Of a stretch of DNA of 64,000 bases, positions 39,009-47,611 are shown piece after piece. The stretch comes from Thermoplasmata archaeon (lineage in GTDB: Archaea; Thermoplasmatota; Thermoplasmata; Lutacidiplasmatales; UBA184), in NCBI GenBank assembly GCA_035622275.1, contig DASPVQ010000020.1, positions 2,494 to 66,493 of the forward strand, given 5' to 3'. Under the pieces are notes generated by a model. The model ran no database searches. It was given only the letters and a program-made list of their open reading frames with translations, and was not told the DNA's origin. A program made the position numbers and the translations under genes. Each line of letters opens with the position of its first letter. Positions within the stretch are counted from its first letter, which is position 1.

Positions 39009-39785
39009 CTAGCGCGAACCCGCGAACTCCTTCACGACGCGCAGCAGGCTCTCGGGAGCCTCCAGCTGGGGCAGATGGCCGGCCTCCTCGATGATCTCGA
39101 GTCGGGCATTCGGGATCGACGACGCGAAGGCTTCTCCGTGCTGCCGTGGGATCATTCGGTCCGCGGCGCCCCACACCACCAGTGTCGGGAGGTGGATGGC
39201 GGGAAGGCGGCCGAGCAGCGTCGGATCGGCCATGGACGGCCCGCCGTAGAGCTTCAGGGCGGCCCGATTGCCGGCGACCGCCGCCCGCTGCGGATCCGAC
39301 ATCTTGCTGGGATCGATCCGGAATCTCTGCGGATCCCGATAGCTCATCTGACCGATCTGATCGAGCGAGAGGGAGAACACGTCCGGGGCGGGATGCGCGT
39401 CGATCGTGAGTCCGCCGGCATCCACAAGAACGAGACGCCCAAGTCGCGAGCCGCCGCGGAGCGCGAGTTCTGCCGCGATCCACCCGCCGATCGAGTTTCC
39501 AACCAGGACGACATCGCGGAGTTCGAGCTGATCCATCCAGGCGAGGTACAGCTCGGCGAGCCCCGCCACGCTACGGAGGTGCTCCGGACGCGGTGTTCCG
39601 TTGAATCCGGGGTGCACCGGCACGATCGCCCGAGCGCCGCCGCTCCCTCCCAGCATCTCGGCGAAACGGTGGGTAGAGGCGGGCCCGGCACCCCCATGCA
39701 GGATCACGAACGGGCGGCCCGAACCCCACTCACTCGCCGTCACGACGACGTCTCCGTTCGGCGTCGGCACGTTCACCGGCTCCAT
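39009..39785 (-). CDS. alpha/beta hydrolase fold protein
   Basis: VILHGGAG...VLVGNSIGG nucleophile elbow G-x-S-x-G, D and H later. Confidence 0.75.
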   Translation of the reverse strand: MEPVNVPTPNGDVVVTASEWGSGRPFVILHGGAGPASTHRFAEMLGGSGGARAIVPVHPGFNGTPRPEHLRSVAGLAELYLAWMDQLELRDVVLVGNSIGGWIAAELALRGGSRLGRLVLVDAGGLTIDAHPAPDVFSLSLDQIGQMSYRDPQRFRIDPSKMSDPQRAAVAGNRAALKLYGGPSMADPTLLGRLPAIHLPTLVVWGAADRMIPRQHGEAFASSIPNARLEIIEEAGHLPQLEAPESLLRVVKEFAGSR

Positions 39786-40100
39786 AGCCGGCGACCCATC
39801 GCTCTCGGGGAGTTAATCCCGTAGTAGCGGAACGTCACCGATCTCGACCGGCACCAGCTACTGGCCTCGCTCGCGACACGGGACGCGGCCGCGGGGTGCG
39901 GCCGGTGCGATGGAGATCGCCATCGCGCGGAGTCTTACGCCGCCGCGAAGACGAATTCCGCCTCCGACACCGCTGGGTCCGACGGCCGCTGCGCGCGATG
40001 CCCGCGTGTCTCTCGCTCGGAGGCACGGGGCGCCCGTCTCGTACCGCCCGGCCCGTCGACGTCTAAAGGGCCCGAGGGCTCCGGTCGGCCGAGGCGAGAA

Positions 40101-40511
40101 ATGTCCGATGTGATCCAGGGTATGGAGGCGGTGTCCGTGCACATTACCGACATCCAGCGTGCACGGAAGTTTTACTCGGAGGTCCTGGGGCTCCGCGAGG
40201 TCTCCTTCCTTCCGTCCGCCTCCCGGGCCGCCTACGAGATCCCAGGGACCACGACCCTGCTGACGATGCACACCATGGGGGAAGGCGAAGGGGGCCGGGA
40301 GCCAGGCACCGTGTCGGGCATCGTGTTCTCGCATCGGGATCCGCGGGCGGCGTGCGCCGAGATCCGGAGTCGTGGGGGGTCGATCGTCGACGAGCCGCAT
40401 ACGTTCCCGGCCGCGATCGGAACCGTGACCTTGGGAGTCTTCGCGGATCCGGACGGGAACCAGTTCGTGATCCGGCACGTCGAGGCCGCTCCGAAACCGG
40501 TCCAGGGGTAG
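40101..40511 (+). CDS. VOC/glyoxalase family protein
   Basis: VHITDIQRARKFYSEVLGL...FADPDGNQFVI. Confidence 0.7.
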   Translation: MSDVIQGMEAVSVHITDIQRARKFYSEVLGLREVSFLPSASRAAYEIPGTTTLLTMHTMGEGEGGREPGTVSGIVFSHRDPRAACAEIRSRGGSIVDEPHTFPAAIGTVTLGVFADPDGNQFVIRHVEAAPKPVQG

Positions 40512-40517
40512 CGCGCG

Positions 40518-41141
40518 TCAGGGGGCGGAGACCCCCACGTTGCGCAGCAACCGCGCGTTGTCGGCCTTGCTCGCCCACGGGGCGCGGAGGTATCGGCGGA
40601 GGTAGGAATCGGGCACTCCGAGACGGCGAGCCTCGGCGACCGAGAAGGAGTAGGCTTCGATCTCGGTCGGCCGGTCGACGTACGCGATGCGGGCCCGGGG
40701 CCAGATCGCTCGGCCCTGCCTCCGTTGCAGGATGTGGAGAAACTCGTGGATGATGTCGAGGTACACATCCATCCTCGGGCTGTTCCGGAGGTGCGACTGC
40801 CCGATCACGATCACGTCGTCGGTCGTCTCGACCATCCGGAATCCGGCCGCCCGGATCTCCGCGGGAGTCCGGGGGGGTGCGACGTACATGTAGCCGGGCC
40901 CCGGCATCACCTCGGCCCACGTCTCGCGCGCGGCTTGGAGGATCCGGGCGTCGTCCCCCGGGTACTTGTGGAAGGGAACGGTGCGTTCGAGGCCCTCGAA
41001 GACATCCAGGAGGGGGTGCCGGCCGGCGGTCGCGTCGGCCTGCGGGAGGAACTCGTCCGGGACGGGGTATCGCTCCTTGAACTGACCGGGCCGAATCTCG
41101 GGGATCCGTATCCGTCGAGCAGGAAGTTCGGACTCGGGCAT
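40518..41141 (-). CDS. hypothetical protein with HExxH zinc-metallopeptidase motif (IIHEFLHIL ... EIEAY)
   Basis: HEFLH followed about 30 aa later by a conserved Glu, a gluzincin-like signature; family not recognised. Confidence 0.45.
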   Translation of the reverse strand: MPESELPARRIRIPEIRPGQFKERYPVPDEFLPQADATAGRHPLLDVFEGLERTVPFHKYPGDDARILQAARETWAEVMPGPGYMYVAPPRTPAEIRAAGFRMVETTDDVIVIGQSHLRNSPRMDVYLDIIHEFLHILQRRQGRAIWPRARIAYVDRPTEIEAYSFSVAEARRLGVPDSYLRRYLRAPWASKADNARLLRNVGVSAP

Positions 41142-41303
41142 CCAGGCTCCACGCAGCGTGGCCGCAGGAGGCCGGATGCGAGCTGCAGTATTCGAGGGTT
41201 GCCTCTTGCCAGCCCACGCGGCGACCGCTCTCTCGGTCCTCGGTCGTTACGACCTGCGCCTCCGGGCCCCGAGCCAGCGGCTGGGCCCGCCAAGCTCCGG
41301 CGA

Positions 41304-41786
41304 CTAGCTCGACGCGCGTGCGAGGCGCTTCCAGTTTCGGAACACGTATCGGTGGACCTGCTTTACTCCCAGGAACAGCTCCGCTCGTCGCAGAGAGCTC
41401 AACTCGCGTTTCGGCACGAGTTCGGTCGTCCGGGTCACCGCGGCGCCCCCGTTCTCCGTCGCCAATTCGAAGGTATCGCGCAGATCGGAGACCTCGGTGA
41501 TCAGTGCCAGGTCGCTGCTCACCATGCGGAACGACAACCTCCGCTCGGGCACCCACTCCAGGATGCGCTGGCGGACCACGCCGCGATCCGAGACGCACTC
41601 GCGCTCGCGCCCGACGCCTCCCGGTCCGGCCGGGAGTCGGCATTCGATCGGCCGCGGCACGCCCAGCCGGAAGAGAAAGCTCGTGGAACCGTCCATCCGC
41701 GAGCTGCACAGCAGCGGCCACACCTCGCTCGGTGGCACGGGAAAGCGACTTCGAGTTCGAACGACGAGCGCCTTGGCCGCCATGTA
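41304..41786 (-). CDS. SRPBCC (polyketide-cyclase/START-like) family protein
   Basis: Bet v1-like beta-alpha pattern; internal ATG (MAAKALV). Confidence 0.45.
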   Translation of the reverse strand, partial: YMAAKALVVRTRSRFPVPPSEVWPLLCSSRMDGSTSFLFRLGVPRPIECRLPAGPGGVGRERECVSDRGVVRQRILEWVPERRLSFRMVSSDLALITEVSDLRDTFELATENGGAAVTRTTELVPKRELSSLRRAELFLGVKQVHRYVFRNWKRLARASS

Positions 41787-41962
41787 CCTCCGACCATGTC
41801 CGGGAGTTGTGATAACGCTGGCCGCGGTCCGCCACGATCCGCGCGCGACGCTCGAGGCCACGGCAGTTGCCATCGAGGCGCAACCGGTCGTGGGCCGCTC
41901 GAAACGAACGCGGGTGCCAGGCCGCCCGACCAGGACGGCAGGAGCATCATGAGCACGCCCCC

Positions 41963-42214
41963 CTACGAGCCCGAGGATCGCCCGACATAGAAGCCTCCCC
42001 TGACCCAGACGCTGGCCGCGCCGACCACGACAGAAACGGTCCCGCTGGTCCCTCGGATCTCCGGGACCACTCGGTAGACGCTCGCGAAAACGATCGGCAC
42101 GGCGCCGGCGAGGAGGGAGATTGTAGCGACGACCTCGGCGGGAGCGAAGTCGAAGAGAAACTCAACCGCGAGCCAGGAGAGCACGATTCCCTCGATGACC
42201 AACAGGGTTCCCAA
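41963..42214 (-). CDS. small membrane protein (83 aa)
   Basis: Two hydrophobic helices. Confidence 0.3.
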   Translation of the reverse strand: MGTLLVIEGIVLSWLAVEFLFDFAPAEVVATISLLAGAVPIVFASVYRVVPEIRGTSGTVSVVVGAASVWVRGGFYVGRSSGS

Positions 42215-42456
42215 GCGTGGTCAGCACGATGGGCTCGCTTCGGCCGCGGCTCCACTCGGCCGTGGCCGTCGCGAGGGTGGGAGCTCGCGACCGGTCGAAG
42301 TATCGATTCCCCGTCGGCCGGCGACGCCCGCGCGAAGACTACGCCAAGCCCCCGCTCCGGCCAACCCGTGGCGATCACCCGGGAGGAAATCCCCCAGCGC
42401 GTTTCCGACGGGGGTGTTCTGCCGAGGGACGGGCGGCGAATTCCAGGAGTTTCGTT

Positions 42457-42942
42457 TCAGCGAACGCCGCGATTGGCCGACCGACTCATCGCTCGACGCT
42501 GGGTCGTGATGATCACGACGCTGACCACCCAAAGCCCGGCCGCGAGCAGCCCGATGTCGTCGATCTGCAGGGTGAACAGGATGAGCGCCGGCTCCAGGAA
42601 CAGCAGGACGATACCGCCGGCGAAACAGGCATCCGCGCGAGACAGCAGGGGCGCGGAGCCGGGCTGCTTGCGCTCCAGCGCTTCGATGAGGAAGTAGTAG
42701 TAGCTGCCGGCGATCCCCAGCAGGAAAATGCTGATCACTACGACGGCAAGGGTGACTCGAAAGAGCAGGGCATCCGGACCCCCCGAGGAGAAGCGCCCGT
42801 AGAGAAAGATGAGCAGGAAGGTCAGGATCGCGACCCCCGTCCCCCCCAGGCTGATCGTCGCTTGGCGATTCTCGTTCGCGTACTCGAATCGAAGGGTCGC
42901 GGGCGCCGCTGCGGTGGCCAGTACGTCGGGGGGAGGTTCCAT
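42457..42942 (-). CDS. hypothetical membrane protein (four TM)
   Basis: Hydrophobic helices with Y/F-rich loops; coding-like composition. Confidence 0.5.
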   Translation of the reverse strand: MEPPPDVLATAAAPATLRFEYANENRQATISLGGTGVAILTFLLIFLYGRFSSGGPDALLFRVTLAVVVISIFLLGIAGSYYYFLIEALERKQPGSAPLLSRADACFAGGIVLLFLEPALILFTLQIDDIGLLAAGLWVVSVVIITTQRRAMSRSANRGVR

Positions 42943-43271
42943 CGGCTCGGTGGGGAGGACTCGGGACGGTGCTCTTCAACGTGCCGTTCGCGCTCGCAAG
43001 CGTCCGCCCCGAGCCGCGCCACCCCGCGCGCCCTGATGGCGCGACGGTCCGCAGCGGCTCCTCGGCCCGGTCCGGAACCTCGCTAGCCCGCGTCGGTTCG
43101 GCCGACTCACGCGCCGGCGCCTGCGTGGATCGGCCTGCCGTTCGTCGCGACCGACGGCGCGATTTGGCTGGTTCGCTGCCCGTGCGATAGAGCGGGTCCT
43201 AGAACCGACGAGGTCGCGGAGCCGCCGTCGCCGAACGTCGCGCCGTGCAGCGTAAAGCTGTTTCTCCGGCA

Positions 43272-43280
43272 CGTTAACTA
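43272..43280 (+). promoter_or_regulatory. TATA-like element (cgttaacta) about 28 nt upstream of ATG 43304
   Basis: AT-rich island with leaderless spacing. Confidence 0.35.
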
Positions 43281-43303
43281 CCGGGTCGCTCTCGCAACCC
43301 ACG

Positions 43304-45898
43304 ATGGGTGCGCTCCGTTGGCCGCTCCTGGTGCTGGTAGCCGCGATTGCTGCGATCATGGTCGTGCCCTCTCCGGCGGGCCTCGCCTCGCCGGCTGCCC
43401 CCCGAGGGGCTACGCTCGCCGCGTTACCGAGCTCTTCGGCCGCCGGGCCAGTCGCGGCGGAGCCGGCGCATCCGGCGGCGCCGGCGCCCGCCACGGCCCA
43501 AGTCCGAGCGCAAGATATCGAAGCGCGCATGACATCGTCCCTGGCCCGCGACGGCATCCCGGCAGCTGAACAGCTCCTCCCGAACCTCATGTCTCAGACG
43601 AGCGTGAAGGACGGGCAGATCGTACCGGCGCCCGCGACAGTGCCTTCGCCGATGGGAGTCGCGGATTACGGCATCCAGGAGGTGGGCGGCGTGAACGTTC
43701 CGACGCTGAACTTCTATCAGAGCATCGCGGGGCGATTCACGATGAACGAGATCGGCCTGAACTACCCCAACAGTGCCGGCCCGGATGAGTTCTCCCTGCA
43801 ACTCAACACGGTGGCCTCCAACGTCACGCTCTTCGGCAATTCGAGCTACCAGTTCTGGACGCAGAACGTCGTCTACTACTTCCAGAGTACGCACAGCCTG
43901 CATCTCTTGGACGCGATCGTCAACTTCACCAACAGCGACTTCAACTTCTCACCGAACACAATCATCGAGGGAAACGGGTTCTACTATCCCGGGTTCGGCT
44001 ACTTCTATCCGTACGGACCCGATCTGACGGTGCCCGAGCCATTCACGATCAACTTCTACAACAACCTGACCGTACAGGACGGCGACTCGGCGATCTACTT
44101 CAACTACTCCGTCAGCTCGCCGGACGGAATCCAGTCGGGGTCCTTCGACCTGGTGGTGTTCAACTCTCAGCCGCTCAGCGGGCCGGCGATCACCTCGGTG
44201 TCGCCGTTGTTCGAGATCAACGGCTATCAGCTCACCGGGACCGGCTTCATCCCCTACGACGCCGAGATGATTCTCGGAGGGGACGGGGGCGGCTCGACGG
44301 CGTCGATCTTCGACATCAACGCCGAGGTCCAACTGTTCCTCGAGGCGGCCGGCGCGAGCAGTTACAGCCCGATCCCAGCGGGATACTCGTTTGGCAGCGA
44401 GACCGGAGAGACCGTGTCCGGAGTTGCCGAATGGGCGTCCGGCGGCCCGGACCCCGTGGTCCATCTCGGGCCGGGTCCCGCGAACCTCGGTCCGCTGTTC
44501 GGGGTCCTCGGTGCTCCACCGACCGGCTATGTCACGCAGACGCTCAACGTCCAGCCGACGAACGCGTTCATCTTCGGCTCGCTCGGCAGCACCTTCAACG
44601 CGAACACGGCCGCGTGGGGTCCGGTGCCGACGTCCGGACGGGCGACCTATCTGCTGCCCCCGGGGACCTACAGCTACGACGTGATGCTGAGCGATCACGA
44701 TCCGGTGCTCGTGACCATCTCGGGGTCCGGATCGGCGGTGATCCGCCTGCGGACGGACTGGTCGCAAGGGGTCTACACGCCGCTCTGGGCCTTCGATAAC
44801 GCGCAGCTGGCGGCAATCTCGCTCCCCGGAGGCTCCGGCTCGCAGCGGAACCCCTACCTCCTCGACAACAACGGCGTCGCGCAGCTCGACCCGCTGTTCA
44901 GCACCTTCAACGACTACATCTTCTGGCAGTTCCCCGGCGTCTTCCTCTCGGGCACCACGGCCTACGTCGCGCTGTACCAGGCGCCGTCGTTCACCGCGCC
45001 GCTCTCGCTGTCGTGGGAGGTCGCCTACAGCTACAGCGCTTACCTCCCGCCGACGACTCAGCTGACGATCTACCTGTACGCCACCGACCACGCGTCCGTG
45101 GTCGACTGCTCGGACATCGGCGGTTGGTGGTTCGTCTCGGACGTCGGCGAGTCGGAGGCGAACCTGGTGCTCTGGAACGCTACCGACACGCTGGTCGCGG
45201 GGAACACGTTCCAGGACTCGAGCATCTCCATGTTCACCTTTGGCGGCGCCGGCAACGTGCTGTGGGGCAACGTCTTCGAGACCTACCTCGATCCGGCCGC
45301 GCCGTACCCGGGGTTCATCCTCAACTACGGCATCCCCCAGGCCCTCCAGGAGTGGGAATCGGGGGACCTGATCTACAACAACGCGTTCGACACTCCCCAG
45401 ACCGCGGTGAGCCCGCCCTACAGCATCTACTCCTTCTACGGTGTCCCTGAGACCTGGACGGACAGCTGGGACGTCATCCCCCAGCCCGCGTTCCTGCTGT
45501 CGTACGTCAACGGCTGGCGGCTCACCGGGAGCATCCTCGGCCTCCCGTACGTGGCCGGCAACTTCTGGTCGAACTACGGCTCGGGCGCGGACCCGTACGG
45601 CGAGCTCCCCTACAACGACAGCGGGGCGATCGCCTACGGCGGGGATTACTTCCCCGTCGTCCCCTACCCGCTCTACGACATCGTGTTCATCGAACACGGG
45701 CTCCCCCATGGGACCGAGTGGTCGGTGACCATGAACGGCTTTACGCAGTCGACGACCGGGCGCACGCTCGTCTTCGAGGATCCGACGGGATCGTATCCGT
45801 TCGCGGTCGCCACGACCTCGAGCTACACGCCGACCCCGGCCTCGGGGGTGGTCGTCCTGACGAGCCACAGCGTCGTCGTGGTCGTGTACTGGAGCTGA
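43304..45898 (+). CDS. large secreted N-glycosylation-sequon-rich protein with a beta-helix-like central region and one C-terminal 'GLPxGTxW' repeat (thermopsin-like?)
   Basis: Signal peptide; many NxS/T; parallel beta-helix-like turns (LVAGNTFQDS, NVLWGNVFE); C-terminus YDIVFIEHGLPHGTEWSVTMNG matches the repeat of 18527..21586. Confidence 0.75.
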   Translation: MGALRWPLLVLVAAIAAIMVVPSPAGLASPAAPRGATLAALPSSSAAGPVAAEPAHPAAPAPATAQVRAQDIEARMTSSLARDGIPAAEQLLPNLMSQTSVKDGQIVPAPATVPSPMGVADYGIQEVGGVNVPTLNFYQSIAGRFTMNEIGLNYPNSAGPDEFSLQLNTVASNVTLFGNSSYQFWTQNVVYYFQSTHSLHLLDAIVNFTNSDFNFSPNTIIEGNGFYYPGFGYFYPYGPDLTVPEPFTINFYNNLTVQDGDSAIYFNYSVSSPDGIQSGSFDLVVFNSQPLSGPAITSVSPLFEINGYQLTGTGFIPYDAEMILGGDGGGSTASIFDINAEVQLFLEAAGASSYSPIPAGYSFGSETGETVSGVAEWASGGPDPVVHLGPGPANLGPLFGVLGAPPTGYVTQTLNVQPTNAFIFGSLGSTFNANTAAWGPVPTSGRATYLLPPGTYSYDVMLSDHDPVLVTISGSGSAVIRLRTDWSQGVYTPLWAFDNAQLAAISLPGGSGSQRNPYLLDNNGVAQLDPLFSTFNDYIFWQFPGVFLSGTTAYVALYQAPSFTAPLSLSWEVAYSYSAYLPPTTQLTIYLYATDHASVVDCSDIGGWWFVSDVGESEANLVLWNATDTLVAGNTFQDSSISMFTFGGAGNVLWGNVFETYLDPAAPYPGFILNYGIPQALQEWESGDLIYNNAFDTPQTAVSPPYSIYSFYGVPETWTDSWDVIPQPAFLLSYVNGWRLTGSILGLPYVAGNFWSNYGSGADPYGELPYNDSGAIAYGGDYFPVVPYPLYDIVFIEHGLPHGTEWSVTMNGFTQSTTGRTLVFEDPTGSYPFAVATTSSYTPTPASGVVVLTSHSVVVVVYWS

Positions 45899-45956
45899 CG
45901 GACGGCCAGCGCCGAGGGTCGGCCCCGGGGTCGACGGGTGAGGGCGGGGGGACGCG

Positions 45957-46538
45957 GTGCGCCGAGTGGTCCTTCAACTGCATACGACCCTCGACGGCCT
46001 CGCGGACAGCCGCCAGGGGTTCGTTCCCATCCAGGACCGAACGTACTGGAAGGCGCTGGATCGGGCCCTCGCGCAGACCGCTGCCTCGAGCGTCGACGCC
46101 CTGTTGATGGGCCGGGGAACTTACCGGCAGTTCGCCGCGTTCTGGCCCCAGGTGGCCACGGACCCGAACGCGCCCAAGGACTGGAAGGAACAGGCACGCC
46201 GTCTTCACGAGATCCCGAAGATCGTGTTTTCGAGGTCGCTGGCGAAGGCGGACTGGAACCGCTCGAGGATCGTGCGCGGCGACGTGGGGCGAGAGATCGC
46301 GCGGCTCCAACGGCAACCGGGCCAGAACCTGCTCGTTCCTGGTGGCGTGGAGTTCCCGAGGTCCCTCATCGAGCGGGATCTCATCGACGAGTACCTTCTC
46401 TCGGTGGTACCGGTTATCGTCGGCGAGGGTCGGAACCGACTGTTCGGCCGCCTCGCCGGTCCGCGCAACCTCGAGCACGTACGAACCTGGACGTTCGATA
46501 ACGGCGTGGTCCTGCACCAGTACCGACGGGCTCGCTGA
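45957..46538 (+). CDS. dihydrofolate reductase-like (RibD_C) family protein
   Basis: LQLHTTLDG...GRGTY...LLVPGGVEF; paralog of 33798..34391. Confidence 0.7.
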   Translation: MRRVVLQLHTTLDGLADSRQGFVPIQDRTYWKALDRALAQTAASSVDALLMGRGTYRQFAAFWPQVATDPNAPKDWKEQARRLHEIPKIVFSRSLAKADWNRSRIVRGDVGREIARLQRQPGQNLLVPGGVEFPRSLIERDLIDEYLLSVVPVIVGEGRNRLFGRLAGPRNLEHVRTWTFDNGVVLHQYRRAR

Positions 46539-46782
46539 GTGCGGCCCGCGGGTCCCGGCGGGCGGACAGGGCACGGAGACGCGTTCTCGTCGCGCGCGGC
46601 GGCGACTCCTATCGGAGTGGGGCCCCGCCGGTGAGGCCGAGGATCCGTCGCGGGAACGAGATCGGCCAGTATCGTCGGCAACGCGTCGAGCTTTCGCGCG
46701 CCCCCCTTCCGACGGGCGCCAGGGAACGCCCGGCGAGCTCCGTGTCACCGGTCAGGGGAGTTGCGGTCGGAGGATCCGACCG

Positions 46783-47490
46783 TCACCCGGGGCTCGCACC
46801 CCCCAGCGCGCGCGCGGCGGCCGGGAGGTCCCGCAGTCGGACTGCGGCGCCGACTCGCCACGGGCTCGACGAGGGGGATTTCTCGCAGATCAGCGCGCCC
46901 TCCTCCCAACGCTCGAGGCTCGGCGCGCGGACCTCGAAGGAATGGTCGAACGCCCACTGCCCGCGCCCGGGCCGAGTGGTGATCCCGAAGAACGGCAGCA
47001 GGCCGCCCTTCACCATCGCCTGGAGGAACGGCGCCACCTCTTCGGGCGTGCTGGGATAGTACCGCCGGACCAGATCGACGTTGGCGATCCCGAGGGCCCG
47101 CGCCGCGCTCTTGCCCTGCTGGTAGCCGATCAGCTCCTGGGTGACGTCGGGGAGCCGGAGAAAGTCCGCGAGCAGCGACGACTGCCGTTCCCCGGCGCTC
47201 AAGAGCGAGGTGAGGGCCATGTTGGCGATCGCCTCGTGCGGCTGGAGCTCCATCGGATCGCCCACGAGGTAGGCGCGCTCCTTGGCGATCCACCCGAGGT
47301 CGACGGGGGTCGGGGCGCCCTCGGCTCCGCCCGGCGCGACCACCTGCACCCAGAACGGCTCGGGGTCGTTCGCCCGCACCATGGCGAACAGGAGCCGGTT
47401 GACCACGGCCCGGTGCTCGCCCCACAGGACGGTCGCGCCCGGAGGGCGGCTCAGCTCGGTAAAATCCAGCGGGCTGGGCTCCAGCAGCAC
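46783..47490 (-). CDS. hypothetical protein (235 aa)
   Basis: Protein-like composition; GTG start with GTATATAG about 30 nt upstream (revcomp of 47521..47528). Confidence 0.45.
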   Translation of the reverse strand: MLLEPSPLDFTELSRPPGATVLWGEHRAVVNRLLFAMVRANDPEPFWVQVVAPGGAEGAPTPVDLGWIAKERAYLVGDPMELQPHEAIANMALTSLLSAGERQSSLLADFLRLPDVTQELIGYQQGKSAARALGIANVDLVRRYYPSTPEEVAPFLQAMVKGGLLPFFGITTRPGRGQWAFDHSFEVRAPSLERWEEGALICEKSPSSSPWRVGAAVRLRDLPAAARALGGASPG

Positions 47491-47520
47491 CGGCGTTCGC
47501 TCCTCTACCGGTGACCCGCC

Positions 47521-47528
47521 CTATATAC
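47521..47528 (-). promoter_or_regulatory. TATA box (ctatatac on + strand) upstream of the minus-strand gene starting at 47490
   Basis: Distinct AT-rich octamer with spacing of about 30 nt. Confidence 0.35.
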
Positions 47529-47611
47529 TCATGGAGCGGCGCGCACGGGCCTCGCCTCGGCCGGCCGGAGGCCGGTCGTCCCGCCGGGCCCCGGTCCGCC
47601 GAAGCGCCGGC

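Noticed and set aside
40144-41883. 579-aa minus-strand ORF spanning several real genes
   Set aside because: R/P-rich; it overlaps the VOC (40101..40511), the HExxH protein and the SRPBCC gene in other frames.
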